Origin: Acidobacteriota bacterium
GTDB taxonomy: Bacteria > Acidobacteriota > UBA6911 > RPQK01 > JADFOI01
Direction of reading: 5' to 3'
DNA length: 64,000 nucleotides
Assembly (NCBI GenBank): GCA_963663035.1
Contig: OY760074.1
Location: 3,168,001 to 3,232,000, forward strand
The translations under genes were made by a program, and so were the position numbers. The notes under the pieces were generated by a model. That model saw only the letters and a program-made list of their open reading frames with translations. It was not told the DNA's origin and made no database searches. Positions 30,419-40,668 of this stretch are shown here, piece by piece. Each line of letters opens with the position of its first letter. The stretch's first letter is position 1.

Positions 30419-31030
30419 CTAGTGCATGTAGAAAAGGCAGGCAAAAACCACCGGCGCATAATCGAGATCGATGGTACCCGGCCCACTGACCACCTGGGCA
30501 ATCTCCTGCCCGTCCGTGGTCCAAGCTGAAGTTTTGCTCTCCAGCGTGACGAGAAGCCCTTCAGCACCGAGTTCCTCCGGGGAAAGCTCTCTGGTGACCT
30601 TGAACACGAGGTTGCCAATAATCCCTTCGGGAAGAGGGTTTTCGCTGGAGACGATAATCCTGACACTGGTCACATCTCCCTCCTCTTGAGCGGGCTCAAC
30701 CTCCACCACCGCTCCGGAAGCTTTCGGATCAGGGGTCAGCTCGGCTCGCTCAAACTCAATTCCTTCCTGGTTGGGATAGGAGATTTTCACGATGAGCTTC
30801 CCAGCCATGATTCCAACCGCATTAGTCAGAGTCAGGGAGACGTAGCCATCTCGAAAGACATTGGCCCCCAAGTTGGGTGAGTCGTGCCCCAGTGTCACCT
30901 GAAGGGATTCTCCTGCCTCCGGTATGACCGGATCAGGTGTTGTGTCCAGTCTCTGAGAAAAAACCAGCGGAAGAGATTGCACTGTCAAGAACCCGACCAA
31001 AAGAGAACGGAGAACAGGGGCAGATAACAT
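30419..31030 (-). CDS. Secreted cohesin-like beta-sandwich protein ending PVVFACLFYMH
   Basis: Start MLSAPVL at 31030, signal peptide, LPEGIIGNLVFKV cohesin-like strand, same C-terminal motif as its neighbour. Confidence 0.65.
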   Translation of the reverse strand: MLSAPVLRSLLVGFLTVQSLPLVFSQRLDTTPDPVIPEAGESLQVTLGHDSPNLGANVFRDGYVSLTLTNAVGIMAGKLIVKISYPNQEGIEFERAELTPDPKASGAVVEVEPAQEEGDVTSVRIIVSSENPLPEGIIGNLVFKVTRELSPEELGAEGLLVTLESKTSAWTTDGQEIAQVVSGPGTIDLDYAPVVFACLFYMH

Positions 31031-31034
31031 TCCT

Positions 31035-32711
31035 CTAGTCCGAGTCCTTTCTCTCGGGCACTGCGTGACCTCCACCGTGATCCTCGAGATACTCAGGAGT
31101 GGGCCGGCAATTGAAAGCATAACGCTGTTTGAGCTCCTCATCCTTGTCAATGTTCATTGTAGGCTCATACTTGATATCGCTGAGTCCGTATTCATCCCAG
31201 CGGCTTCGCACCAGATCCTCTTCTTCCTTGGACAGCACCACCACGGGTGGAAAGACCTGGTTGTTCCAGAATGGCCGCCCACCTAAGTCCCAGTTTCTAG
31301 TTGCATCAATGAGCATCCTGGCCCATTTTCCGGAGCCAAACTGAATGAGATCTCGCTCTTCAAAGGGGGTGCTTGGATCCAGAACCGAACCAAAGTGATT
31401 CTCGAAGATGACGATATCTCCCATGGCAGGATTCACACGGGTACAAAAGGCCCACTCCAGCTGGCCATGATCGCGAATGTCAATATCTTCCTCTACCACC
31501 ATTACGTTCTTGAATGCCCAGTTGGCAAAAGACATCCCCCAGATGGCGGAGGCTATCTGCTTGGCCTGATGGCGATAGCTTTGCCGAATTTGAACATAGA
31601 TCATGAAGAATGGTCCGTCCAGATTCATCCACACATCCTTGATTCCTGGAACACCGCAGGCCTCCAGGTGGTTCCAGACCAGCGCAGAGCTGGAGAGGGA
31701 AGTGATGTAAGCGTCCTCGGTCGGCCATCCGGGACGAATGCTCTCACAAGAACCCTGGTAAATCGGATCATCTCGGAAGGTAATACAATCCACCTTTAGA
31801 GTGGGTTTCGGAGAATAAGCCCCTCCATAATAGCCGCAGTGCTCTGCAAAGGGACCTTCCATCATGTAATCCTTCCGGTCATAAGACATGGTTCCCTCAA
31901 CCACCATCTCGGCAGAAGCAGGCACCAGCAGATCGCTGGTCTCGCATTGAATCAATTCCAGAGGCTCACCCACGATTCCACCGTAGACATCGTACTCGGA
32001 GACCAACCGCCCAAAGGCGCTGCCGGCCAGAATGGTCAGCAAGGGATTACAGCCATAAACACAGGCCACTTTCATGGGCTCCTGGCGCTCTTTAAGCTTG
32101 GTATAGTGATCTCCCCAACCCTGGGAAGGAGCCAGAAGACAGGAAATATGGTCCTTGTCTGCCACCATGCCCCGGTAGATCCCCATGTTGTACTGCCCGG
32201 AGTCGGGATCCCGCGTGATCACGGGCGAAAAGGTGTTGATAAACCGCCCCCCGTCCCACAAGTGCCATTTGGGCACGGGAATCTCGTTGATGTCGATGTC
32301 ATCCCCTTTGAGGATATTTTGCTTGAGGGGCGCCTTGGAGACCTCTTTGGGCGGAAGGCTTTTTCTGTATACCTGCCTCATAGCTAGGACCAAATCCTTG
32401 TGGCCCATTGCTTTGGGGAGACCGAATGCCAGGGCGAAGCGGCCATAGGAAGAAACCGAATTGGTAAAAAGTTTTTTACACCAGGTGCTTGCGTGATCCT
32501 TGATGTTATCGAAAAGAAGCGCAACCCCGTTTTTCGCCGACATGCAGTAGCGGGCGATGGTCCCAATCTCACAGTCCCAATCGACCTTTGCGTGGACTTC
32601 ACGATATTCCCCTTCGCTCTTGAGGAGCTCGATCCAGTCATGCACAGTTGTCACTTCCCGCAGATCGTAACTTTCAGGCGGCTTCTTCAATTCCTTGGTC
32701 GGTGTCGCCAT
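31035..32711 (-). CDS. UbiD-family decarboxylase (second)
   Basis: DGGRFINT, NMGIYR, EGPFAEHCGYY, VVEEDIDIRD. Confidence 0.92.
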   Translation of the reverse strand: MATPTKELKKPPESYDLREVTTVHDWIELLKSEGEYREVHAKVDWDCEIGTIARYCMSAKNGVALLFDNIKDHASTWCKKLFTNSVSSYGRFALAFGLPKAMGHKDLVLAMRQVYRKSLPPKEVSKAPLKQNILKGDDIDINEIPVPKWHLWDGGRFINTFSPVITRDPDSGQYNMGIYRGMVADKDHISCLLAPSQGWGDHYTKLKERQEPMKVACVYGCNPLLTILAGSAFGRLVSEYDVYGGIVGEPLELIQCETSDLLVPASAEMVVEGTMSYDRKDYMMEGPFAEHCGYYGGAYSPKPTLKVDCITFRDDPIYQGSCESIRPGWPTEDAYITSLSSSALVWNHLEACGVPGIKDVWMNLDGPFFMIYVQIRQSYRHQAKQIASAIWGMSFANWAFKNVMVVEEDIDIRDHGQLEWAFCTRVNPAMGDIVIFENHFGSVLDPSTPFEERDLIQFGSGKWARMLIDATRNWDLGGRPFWNNQVFPPVVVLSKEEEDLVRSRWDEYGLSDIKYEPTMNIDKDEELKQRYAFNCRPTPEYLEDHGGGHAVPERKDSD

Positions 32712-32729
32712 GGTTTATATCATCTCCTT

Positions 32730-33893
32730 TTATTTCTTGACCAGCTCTTCTTCCCGCTCCTGGGCCTCCTTCTGGGGTTCCTCATACTCCTCAATTCGCT
32801 CTTGGAGTTCAAAACCTTCGGGAGGGCTCAGCAGACCCTTGCGGATCATCTGCTCCACGATGTCCTTGTAAAACCTCTTCCTCTCCGGATAGAGAGGAGG
32901 AGCTTCCTTGGCATACAGGTTCTTCGGCCAGGAAAACTTCTTGGCCGCCTCAAGATAGAGTTCTCCCCATAGATCTGCCGGAATATGAGGCAGTATGCTG
33001 ATCATTCCCTTAACCCGGAAAGTTCTCAGCTCTTCGATATTGATCACGGCGGCGGCATAGGAAATGTGTGGTTTGTCTACTCTTGAGAGAATTTGTCCCC
33101 GGTAGTTCACGATCATGGTGTCTGACCCGGTGGAGCCGGTCATGGAAGGGATACTTTCGCTGGTGGTGTGAAACTTGGGCCCACTGTTGGCAGCAACCAT
33201 AAAGCAGGAGTTATTCACGGCATGGGCCCTGTTCATGACTTCCCACACGCCGATGTTGCAATGGTGCTCGAGCTCCCCTCCTCGGCAAAGGATCTCCGCA
33301 CCATTAAGAGCAAGCATTCGCCCAGTCTCACAAAAATAACCCTCGTAGCAGATCATGGTCCCAATGCGTCCAATGGGAGTATCGGCCACGGGATAAAAGG
33401 CATCCAGTCCAGACCCGAACTTCTCTTTCCAGAGGTCATAGACATCACAAGGGGTCGTGGTACTTTCGGGGGTGAAGACTCGTCCCTTGCGATGCTTGTG
33501 AATGATGTTTCCTTCTGGATCGATTATAAAAGCGGTATTAAAAAAGCGGTCCTTGATGATGTCCGGCTCAACCACCTTGGCTTGGGCTACGAGATACACC
33601 TTCCATTTCTTGGCCACCTCGGCCAGCCTTTCAGATTCTTCGCCTGGCAGGGTAATGGCAATCTTTTTGCAGGCCTCCACATGATCCATCCGGCTGTGCT
33701 CGTCGTAAAACCCCTGCAAGGCACCTTCAGAGAGGACAACCAGCTTGGTGGGGTAAAGCACATCGCCCAGGTAGAGGCAACCCTCTATCTGAGGAATCAA
33801 GTTGTCCAGGTTCTTCTTAATATCCGCCCGAGTGGTACATCCATAGGTCTTGGATTGGATGGCAAAGGCCAAATACGGTTCAACCACGGGCAA
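32730..33893 (-). CDS. Nitrilase-superfamily C-N hydrolase, intact E-K-C triad
   Basis: LSEGA, HRK, ICYEG, LALNGAE. Confidence 0.9.
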   Translation of the reverse strand: MPVVEPYLAFAIQSKTYGCTTRADIKKNLDNLIPQIEGCLYLGDVLYPTKLVVLSEGALQGFYDEHSRMDHVEACKKIAITLPGEESERLAEVAKKWKVYLVAQAKVVEPDIIKDRFFNTAFIIDPEGNIIHKHRKGRVFTPESTTTPCDVYDLWKEKFGSGLDAFYPVADTPIGRIGTMICYEGYFCETGRMLALNGAEILCRGGELEHHCNIGVWEVMNRAHAVNNSCFMVAANSGPKFHTTSESIPSMTGSTGSDTMIVNYRGQILSRVDKPHISYAAAVINIEELRTFRVKGMISILPHIPADLWGELYLEAAKKFSWPKNLYAKEAPPLYPERKRFYKDIVEQMIRKGLLSPPEGFELQERIEEYEEPQKEAQEREEELVKK

Positions 33894-33907
33894 TCACCTC
33901 CTCTTAG

Positions 33908-34114
33908 CCGGGATTATGCATAAATTATCCACTGCAGTGCCGCAATCATCCACGCTGACTACGTTATGCGACCCGCAAGCGGGTACCCCTTGGGCTCCTC
34001 GGCGTACTTCATGAGTACGCCTGCGGGGCCCGACCCTTGGCGGGTACCCCTTCGCATGCCTTGTCATCGCGGCGCCTGCAGCGCTTCGTCACGAAAACCT
34101 ATGCATACTCCCGG
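33908..34114 (+). mobile_element. MITE family A copy 4 with an internal ~60-bp insertion
   Basis: Family A termini; duplicated gcgggtacccct around an extra hairpin. Confidence 0.85.
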
Positions 34115-34271
34115 CTTGGGGGAAACGTGTCAGATACAAGTGGAGCTCATTTGCTCTCTCCCATATTGCTCAGTCACCCGCCCAATGTCAACCCCAAAGC
34201 CCTACGGGCGTAGGGAAGAAGACACTTAGCCGACTGTGCAAAGAGGCGGGTTTTTCCAGGAACTCAGGCAG

Positions 34272-35372
34272 CTATAAACTCGGATCTATGACGGCCTTGA
34301 CGCATTTCAGAGCCTCCACGTCTTTCAGTGCAGAAGTGCTCTGCTCCAAACTATATCGATGGGTCACGGCATCCTGCAACGAAAGCTGGTCATTATAAGC
34401 TGCCAGCAATTGCAGCACTTTGTAGAGATGTTTAGCCTCCCAAAAGACGGACCCATAAAGTCGCAAATTTTTCCTGACGATGAAGCTGGGATTGATGGGT
34501 ACTGGACCCAGATCCGAGAAAACACCCATGATCAGGTATCTTCCTGCCGACTTGCACAGGTCTATTCCTTCCGAGACAGCCTCTGGAAATCCGGTTGCCT
34601 CAATGCAGAGGTCAGCTCCACCAACAAGCTCTTTCACCTTACTGACCCTCGCCTCTGGATCTGGCAGCGAAGAGATATCGATGGTGTGATCGGCTCCAAG
34701 CTTCTGAGCCAGCTCCAACCTGGCAGTGGGCGCACCGATGACCACGATGGGAGAGGCTCCACCGAGTTTGGCCAAGACCAGGGAGGAGAGCCCCACCGGG
34801 CCGGACCCTTGAATCACCACCGACTGGCCCGGCTCCACGCCTCTGATGACTTCAAACCCCTTCACCGCTGTGGGGAAGCCACAACCAAAGGCTATGGCCG
34901 CATCAGTGGGAACAGAGTCAGGAATTTTGAAAAAGTAAGATCTCGCGGTCAGAAAAACATACTCGGCGTAGCCCCCTGTCAAATAGGGGTACTCCGCACA
35001 GGAATAGCTCCACCCGTAGGATCGCCTGTCCACGCACCCAGTTGTATCCTTTAAGGCCACACAGGAATAACACTTCCCACAGGGATGCCCGGCAACCCAA
35101 AAGATCCTGTCCCCCTCCTGGACAGGCTCCCCAACGCTATCTTCCGTTCTCTCAGGTGAGATCTTCTCTATCATGCCCACACTTTCATGCCCCAGGATCA
35201 CCGGAAGAGGCATCTGGACCTGTCCTCTCCAGCAATGGGCGTCAGTACCGCAGACTCCCGAGACCAGGGTTTTCACCAGTATGCAGCCCTCTTCAACTTC
35301 TGGAATGGTAAATTCCTGGACCTTCAAAGGCTCATTGGCCTTTTCGAACACGACGACTTTGGCCTTATCCAT
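34272..35372 (-). CDS. Zinc-dependent alcohol dehydrogenase (MDR)
   Basis: CGTD, GHE, CxxCxxC...C structural Zn site, GSGPVG. Confidence 0.92.
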   Translation of the reverse strand: MDKAKVVVFEKANEPLKVQEFTIPEVEEGCILVKTLVSGVCGTDAHCWRGQVQMPLPVILGHESVGMIEKISPERTEDSVGEPVQEGDRIFWVAGHPCGKCYSCVALKDTTGCVDRRSYGWSYSCAEYPYLTGGYAEYVFLTARSYFFKIPDSVPTDAAIAFGCGFPTAVKGFEVIRGVEPGQSVVIQGSGPVGLSSLVLAKLGGASPIVVIGAPTARLELAQKLGADHTIDISSLPDPEARVSKVKELVGGADLCIEATGFPEAVSEGIDLCKSAGRYLIMGVFSDLGPVPINPSFIVRKNLRLYGSVFWEAKHLYKVLQLLAAYNDQLSLQDAVTHRYSLEQSTSALKDVEALKCVKAVIDPSL

Positions 35373-35405
35373 GGCAGAACCAAATACTCTTTTGCCCGAA
35401 GTTTG

Positions 35406-37352
35406 TCAAGATAGGGAAGTGCCCTTTCCCCTGATCTCGCGGGTGACCAGAAAGAGGCACAGCACCGCACCAACGCTTTCCAGGAGCCAGGCCCCCGGGA
35501 AAGCCTGGGCGGGGAGCAGCAGCGCCAGCCCGCCAAATCCCAAAGCGGTTCGCGTGATGGCGGTCAGGGGGCCCACTAGATAGCCTGCAAGGCCGGCCGA
35601 AGCCATCCAAATACCTGCAATTCCCGTCACCGCGGCCAGAGTCACCTCCAGTGGCGAGCCATACAGCAGAAGACTGGGGCTCAGAACAAACAGAATCGGA
35701 ACCACAAAGCCAGGCCAGCCGAAACGCAAAGCGGTGATACTTGTCCGGATCGGCTCTGCACCAGCTAAATTGGCAGCCGTGAAGGCCGCCAGAGCTACCG
35801 GGGGCGTAATCATCGACATGAGACCGAAGTACAGAACAAACATGTGTGCCGCCATGGGCTGGACTCCCAACTGGACCAGAGGAGGTGCCGCCAGAGTTGC
35901 GAGCAGAAAATAAATGGCTGTGGTTGGCATGCCCATGCCCAGGATGATGCACACCACCGCCGTCAGAGCCAACAACAGCAAAAGGCTGTTCTCGCCTAAC
36001 TGAACCAGGACGAAGGTGAGACCAAAACTCAGGCCGGTCACTTCCACGATACCGATGATGATTCCCGCCACGGCGCCGATAATGACGATCTGTACTGACG
36101 CTTGCCCGGTCGCCTTCAGTGATTCCAGGATGTCGCCCAAACGCAGTCGGGTTCCACGGTAGCTCAGGACGAGGCTCAAGGCGATCAAGGACCCAGCAGC
36201 GTAAAGACCTGCGGTTGCCGGGGTAAGGTTCCAGCGGAACAGGGAGATGATCAGAACGACGAAGGGTATGGGAAAATACCAACCTTCCATCAAGACCTTG
36301 CCCAAGGGCGGAATTTCGGCGGCCTCCAACGGCCCGATCCCCTGCCGACCTGCCTCAAGGTCGGCCTGAATAAAGACAGCAAAGTAATAGAGAATCGCCG
36401 GCAGGATGGCGGCCAAGACCACTTCACCGTAAGACACCCCCAGGAGCTCGGCCATCAGGAAGGCTGCCGCACCCATTATGGGTGGCATAGCCTGTCCCCC
36501 GGTCGAAGCCGCCGCTTCAATGGCACCACTGACATGGGGTTTATACCCACTCCGGCGCATGAGCGGTATGGTGATTACCCCGGTGGATGCGACGTTGGCC
36601 ACCGCGCTGCCCGAGATGGATCCGAACAGGCCCGAGGCAAACACCCCGATCTTGGCAGCTCCACCTCGCGAGCGGCCCATCAAGGCTGATGCGAGATCAC
36701 TAAAAAAGGCAGATCCACCTGATCTCAGCAGTAGTTGTCCCAGGAAAATGAAGATCAGGACCATGGTCGAGATCACACGCAGGGGCAGACCCAGCATGGC
36801 CACGTTATCGATGCCCAAAAAGGAGAACATCTCCAGCACCTCAAGCGATCGTCCAGCTAACCTGCCCGGTACCAGATGGCCAAACAGAGCGTAGGCAAAA
36901 AACAGCAGCAGCACTCCCAAAAGACTCCAGCCCGTGGTGCGGCGTAGTGCTTCCACGACCAGCACAATGAGGATCAGCCCTAATACTGTTGTCTCAAGCG
37001 GGCGGAAAAAGAACTCCTCCGCCAAAACCGGATAGCGAACCGCCGTGTAGCCCCCGGCAGCAAGACCCAGTGCGGAGGCCACCCAGTCGTACCAGGGCAG
37101 GCGGCCTCCTGGCCGCCGGACAGAGACCCCTAAGAAGACCAGGGTCAGGCTTAAGGCGAGGATGGCCGAGAGGGCCTGCTCACTATAGAGCGCAAGGCCA
37201 AGCCTATAGGGCAACTCTGCCGCCCAGGCCAGGACGATCAAAGTGATCAGCCCACAGAGATAGGGCGTCAACCGCCCAGCCCACGGTGAGAGGGGTGGAG
37301 TGGCCCTGAGGCCAGCCTCATCCCAGGACGGTGTTACATCTGCCCCGGCCAA
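35406..37352 (-). CDS. TRAP transporter fused permease (4TM/12TM, TAXI type)
   Basis: SGSAVANV, EAAASTGGQ..PPIMGAAAF, GMGMPTT, ITPPVA. Confidence 0.92.
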   Translation of the reverse strand: MAGADVTPSWDEAGLRATPPLSPWAGRLTPYLCGLITLIVLAWAAELPYRLGLALYSEQALSAILALSLTLVFLGVSVRRPGGRLPWYDWVASALGLAAGGYTAVRYPVLAEEFFFRPLETTVLGLILIVLVVEALRRTTGWSLLGVLLLFFAYALFGHLVPGRLAGRSLEVLEMFSFLGIDNVAMLGLPLRVISTMVLIFIFLGQLLLRSGGSAFFSDLASALMGRSRGGAAKIGVFASGLFGSISGSAVANVASTGVITIPLMRRSGYKPHVSGAIEAAASTGGQAMPPIMGAAAFLMAELLGVSYGEVVLAAILPAILYYFAVFIQADLEAGRQGIGPLEAAEIPPLGKVLMEGWYFPIPFVVLIISLFRWNLTPATAGLYAAGSLIALSLVLSYRGTRLRLGDILESLKATGQASVQIVIIGAVAGIIIGIVEVTGLSFGLTFVLVQLGENSLLLLLALTAVVCIILGMGMPTTAIYFLLATLAAPPLVQLGVQPMAAHMFVLYFGLMSMITPPVALAAFTAANLAGAEPIRTSITALRFGWPGFVVPILFVLSPSLLLYGSPLEVTLAAVTGIAGIWMASAGLAGYLVGPLTAITRTALGFGGLALLLPAQAFPGAWLLESVGAVLCLFLVTREIRGKGTSLS

Positions 37353-38293
37353 ATGCCCATTTCCTTGTACAATTTGATGGCGCCTGGATGGTATTCAACC
37401 CCCACATCCTTGGACATACCTTCGCTGGTGAAGTCTGCCCACAGCGGGCCGGCAACCCTCAGATCAGCGGGGTTTTCATACATCGCCTTAGTCACCTGAT
37501 AGACCAGGTCCTGGGGGACGTCTTTCCCGGCGAAAAGGGTGTAATCGTAGTACAGCAAGTTGGAGGGTGCCACAAGCCCGGTGAATTGCGGCCCAGGCTG
37601 CATCAGCTCAAAATGGGCCCGAGGCACATGCCTGTTGAGCGCTGCCACGGCCTGAGGTGAATTGTCAAAGGAGAGATAGCGCACACCGCCCAAGGCAGCT
37701 TCCATCTGCTTGGCGGCAGCGGAGCCAAGCGTCACAATGGCGGTCAGGACCTTACCCTGCATGAAAAGATCCCACATCTGGCTGAGACCGGAGACAGGCA
37801 CCTGCTGGACGTCCTCATAGCTCAATCCCTCGCTGGCCAGGAACCCATCAAAGACCACCTTGAAGAGAGGAGCAGCTCTGAAGCCCGATGGCACAGGTCT
37901 CCCCCTCAGGTCGGCCACGGAGTGGATATCGGAATCCTCAGGGACCATGAGCCCGACCCGGAAGGGCATCAGAGTTGCCACCATGCGCAAATCCTGGTTG
38001 GGATGGCCTTCGAAGAGAGAAGTGCCTTCTACAGCGAATGTCAACTGCACGATGTTGGCCACGCCGAACTCAAGTTCACCTGCATTGACGGAGGGAATGT
38101 ATTGGTTCGTACCCGCCATGGGCTGGGTCCGCAATTGCAGTTCACCCGTGGAAGAAACAACATTGGCGATGGCGGCGGACACCTGACCTGTAGCGCCACC
38201 TCTGGTGGTGCCGATTCCGGCAGGCTGAGCTGGGTCCGCGCAAGAAGCCAGACAGGCGGCCATAAATACAAGAACCAGCCTGGAGTGTTTCAT
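37334..38293 (-). CDS. TAXI-family TRAP solute-binding lipoprotein
   Basis: Lipobox LASC, DIHSVADLRG, YHPGAIKLYKEMG. Confidence 0.9.
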   Translation of the reverse strand: MKHSRLVLVFMAACLASCADPAQPAGIGTTRGGATGQVSAAIANVVSSTGELQLRTQPMAGTNQYIPSVNAGELEFGVANIVQLTFAVEGTSLFEGHPNQDLRMVATLMPFRVGLMVPEDSDIHSVADLRGRPVPSGFRAAPLFKVVFDGFLASEGLSYEDVQQVPVSGLSQMWDLFMQGKVLTAIVTLGSAAAKQMEAALGGVRYLSFDNSPQAVAALNRHVPRAHFELMQPGPQFTGLVAPSNLLYYDYTLFAGKDVPQDLVYQVTKAMYENPADLRVAGPLWADFTSEGMSKDVGVEYHPGAIKLYKEMGIWPGQM

Positions 38294-38379
38294 CAGAATC
38301 TCCCTGGAAATAGAGACAGAAAGAGTATCGAAAGGGGGAAAAGGGGTCAAGCGGGAATCCGGCTTCCAGCTTCCAGGCT

Positions 38380-40647
38380 TTAAAAACTAAAGACGTAGGT
38401 GAGTTTGCCAATAAGGGCCCGATCCATCACTTCACCAGTGGTGGATCGCCTCTCATTGTAAATCAGGAACAGGTCGCTCAAGGGATTGTGAATCAAATTG
38501 AATCGAATGTTGCTGCTGATCTCTTTCAGCTCACTATTGTACTGAATGAGCGCGTTCAAGAACATCCTGGTATTAAATGAGTATTGGAGGCGGGTGTTCA
38601 CCAAATCTGTTGCAAAGTCCCCTGAAGGCAGGGTGAGGTCATTGTGAGTCCAGGTCACTTGGGATTCGAATCGATACCCTGCGCGAAAGCCGAGAAGGAA
38701 ACGATAGGAATCTCGACTGCCACTGAAAAAATCACCCGTAGCCAGCCTTGCCTCCCCGCTGAACATACGGCTACGATCGACGACCAGAAGAAGAGAGTAC
38801 TCCGAAAAGGCATAATCCCCCGGTGGAATGTCCTGATTCAACAGGATGGGAAAGTCCTCACTCAGTCGCTCAAAGCGGAAATCGCGGCCCACCGAGAGAC
38901 GGCTGCTGTTTTGAAAGTCCACACCAAATCGCGTTTCCATCTGCCGGGTCTCCAGGGTACCAGAGGTCGAGGTGATATAGTCGATCCAATTCAGGACTCT
39001 GAACTCGCGAATCCAGGGAATTCTCTCCCCGGGTCGAGGAGTCCAGGTCATCCGTCCCCTGGTTTTTTCAATTCCTTTGCGGGGAACAAACCCGACCTCA
39101 GGATTGACTGACTCTCCAATGACCAGATGTTGACCTTCCAGCTGTAGCACTGGACCCGACCATGCGGCAGTGATATTTCCAGCCATCTCTTCGTCCTCGA
39201 CACCGGGACTGTCGGTTTTGAGAAGGAAGGAAGTAACATCCAGGTTGTTTAGAAGGGTGAAGTTCCCATCTACACCGTAGGTGCGATTAAACTGCCCACC
39301 CGACTCCTGTTTGTTGACGAAAATGGCTCCTACATCGGAACGTTGCAGGACATCACGGCGCAGCCGTAAAACTGAAAAATTGGTTGAAGGTGTCTCCTCA
39401 AAATCATCGGTCTGCATGGAAAAAAGACCGAGCGTGTAAGCACCCGCTCTTCCCGACAAGCGCGCCCCTCCCAGAACAGGGACCAGTCGGCCTTCAGAGA
39501 TCCCGATACGTCGGCTGAAAAAGGCGATCAAATCCGAATCCAGCCGATTCCTTCCCCCAATCCGACGAGTGGCGCCTTGACGCGCAAACTGGAAGATGCT
39601 TGCGTTTTCCAGGAAGAACTCTCGTTTTTCGGGGAAAAAGAGACTAAAGCGAGTCAGGTTAATTTGCTGGTTATCGGCTTCCACCTGGGCAAAGTCAGTA
39701 TTCAGTGTCAGATCCAGCGTCAACTGGGAACTCACCCCATACTTCACGTCAAGGCCCAGCTCGGGTTTGAAATCCACATCGTCACTTTCCAGCCGCACGA
39801 CGGGAGTGGATAGATAGGGCTTTATCTGCAGGTTCATCCCCTGACGCAACCCGCTAATGCCTTGCAGCGTTCCTGCCCGTGAGACCCGCGACAGGCCAAA
39901 AGGGCGTGGGACGGGAGACCAGTGAGTTTCTTCGTTCTTGCGCCGGATTTTTCGCGAGAAGTTAATTCCCCAGGTGTGGCTCTCGGCTTGGTTAAATCGT
40001 ATGCTCTTAAAGGGAATGGCTATCTCGGCTTGCCATCCATCTTCTGTCGTTTTGGTCTTGACCTGCCAGATAACATCCCAGTCCAGGTTGTAGCTGCTCC
40101 CGTCGCTTCCGACCTGGCTGTCGGACTTAGCACCCTGGGGATTTGTCTGGAAAATAAAGCCATTGCGACCGTCCTGAAAAGTATCCAGCAGGACTCCAAA
40201 GCCATCGTTCTCCGTTCCTCTGAAGTCCCTATTGATCTGATTCACAACGAGACCTTCTCTTCCGGCTGAATCAAAGCAATAGACTCCGACATAGAGATTT
40301 TCATCATCGTACAGCAGGCGCACCTCGGTGCGTTCCGTGCTGGGCTGGCCTGTATGCGGATTCTGTTGGATAAATCCGGTGGCAGGTTCTGCCAGGCTCC
40401 ATTCCTGTTCGTCCAGGTCCCCATCGATGGTGATAGGCGATTCCACACGCAGGACCGTGACCGTCTTTGCTGGGCGAGCACTTTGGGGGCTGACAGTCCC
40501 CTGTGCCAGTGCTGGGGAAAAGCCCAGGGTCAGCAGCAGCAAACAGCCCAGCCACAAACTTTTCACACTTTTGAGGACGTCCCCCGTGCCTTTGTGTTTC
40601 ATCTGCATCAGCTCGTTAGCTTCGAAGGGTGGGGCGGGCCTTGCCAT
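38380..40647 (-). CDS. CBM9-like + DUF5916 outer-membrane protein (start uncertain)
   Basis: IDGDLDE.EW, GWQAEIAIPF, NTDFAQVEAD, FFPEKREFFLE, terminal Phe. Confidence 0.85.
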   Translation of the reverse strand: MARPAPPFEANELMQMKHKGTGDVLKSVKSLWLGCLLLLTLGFSPALAQGTVSPQSARPAKTVTVLRVESPITIDGDLDEQEWSLAEPATGFIQQNPHTGQPSTERTEVRLLYDDENLYVGVYCFDSAGREGLVVNQINRDFRGTENDGFGVLLDTFQDGRNGFIFQTNPQGAKSDSQVGSDGSSYNLDWDVIWQVKTKTTEDGWQAEIAIPFKSIRFNQAESHTWGINFSRKIRRKNEETHWSPVPRPFGLSRVSRAGTLQGISGLRQGMNLQIKPYLSTPVVRLESDDVDFKPELGLDVKYGVSSQLTLDLTLNTDFAQVEADNQQINLTRFSLFFPEKREFFLENASIFQFARQGATRRIGGRNRLDSDLIAFFSRRIGISEGRLVPVLGGARLSGRAGAYTLGLFSMQTDDFEETPSTNFSVLRLRRDVLQRSDVGAIFVNKQESGGQFNRTYGVDGNFTLLNNLDVTSFLLKTDSPGVEDEEMAGNITAAWSGPVLQLEGQHLVIGESVNPEVGFVPRKGIEKTRGRMTWTPRPGERIPWIREFRVLNWIDYITSTSGTLETRQMETRFGVDFQNSSRLSVGRDFRFERLSEDFPILLNQDIPPGDYAFSEYSLLLVVDRSRMFSGEARLATGDFFSGSRDSYRFLLGFRAGYRFESQVTWTHNDLTLPSGDFATDLVNTRLQYSFNTRMFLNALIQYNSELKEISSNIRFNLIHNPLSDLFLIYNERRSTTGEVMDRALIGKLTYVFSF

Positions 40648-40668
40648 TTATAAGCTGACACTAATAAA

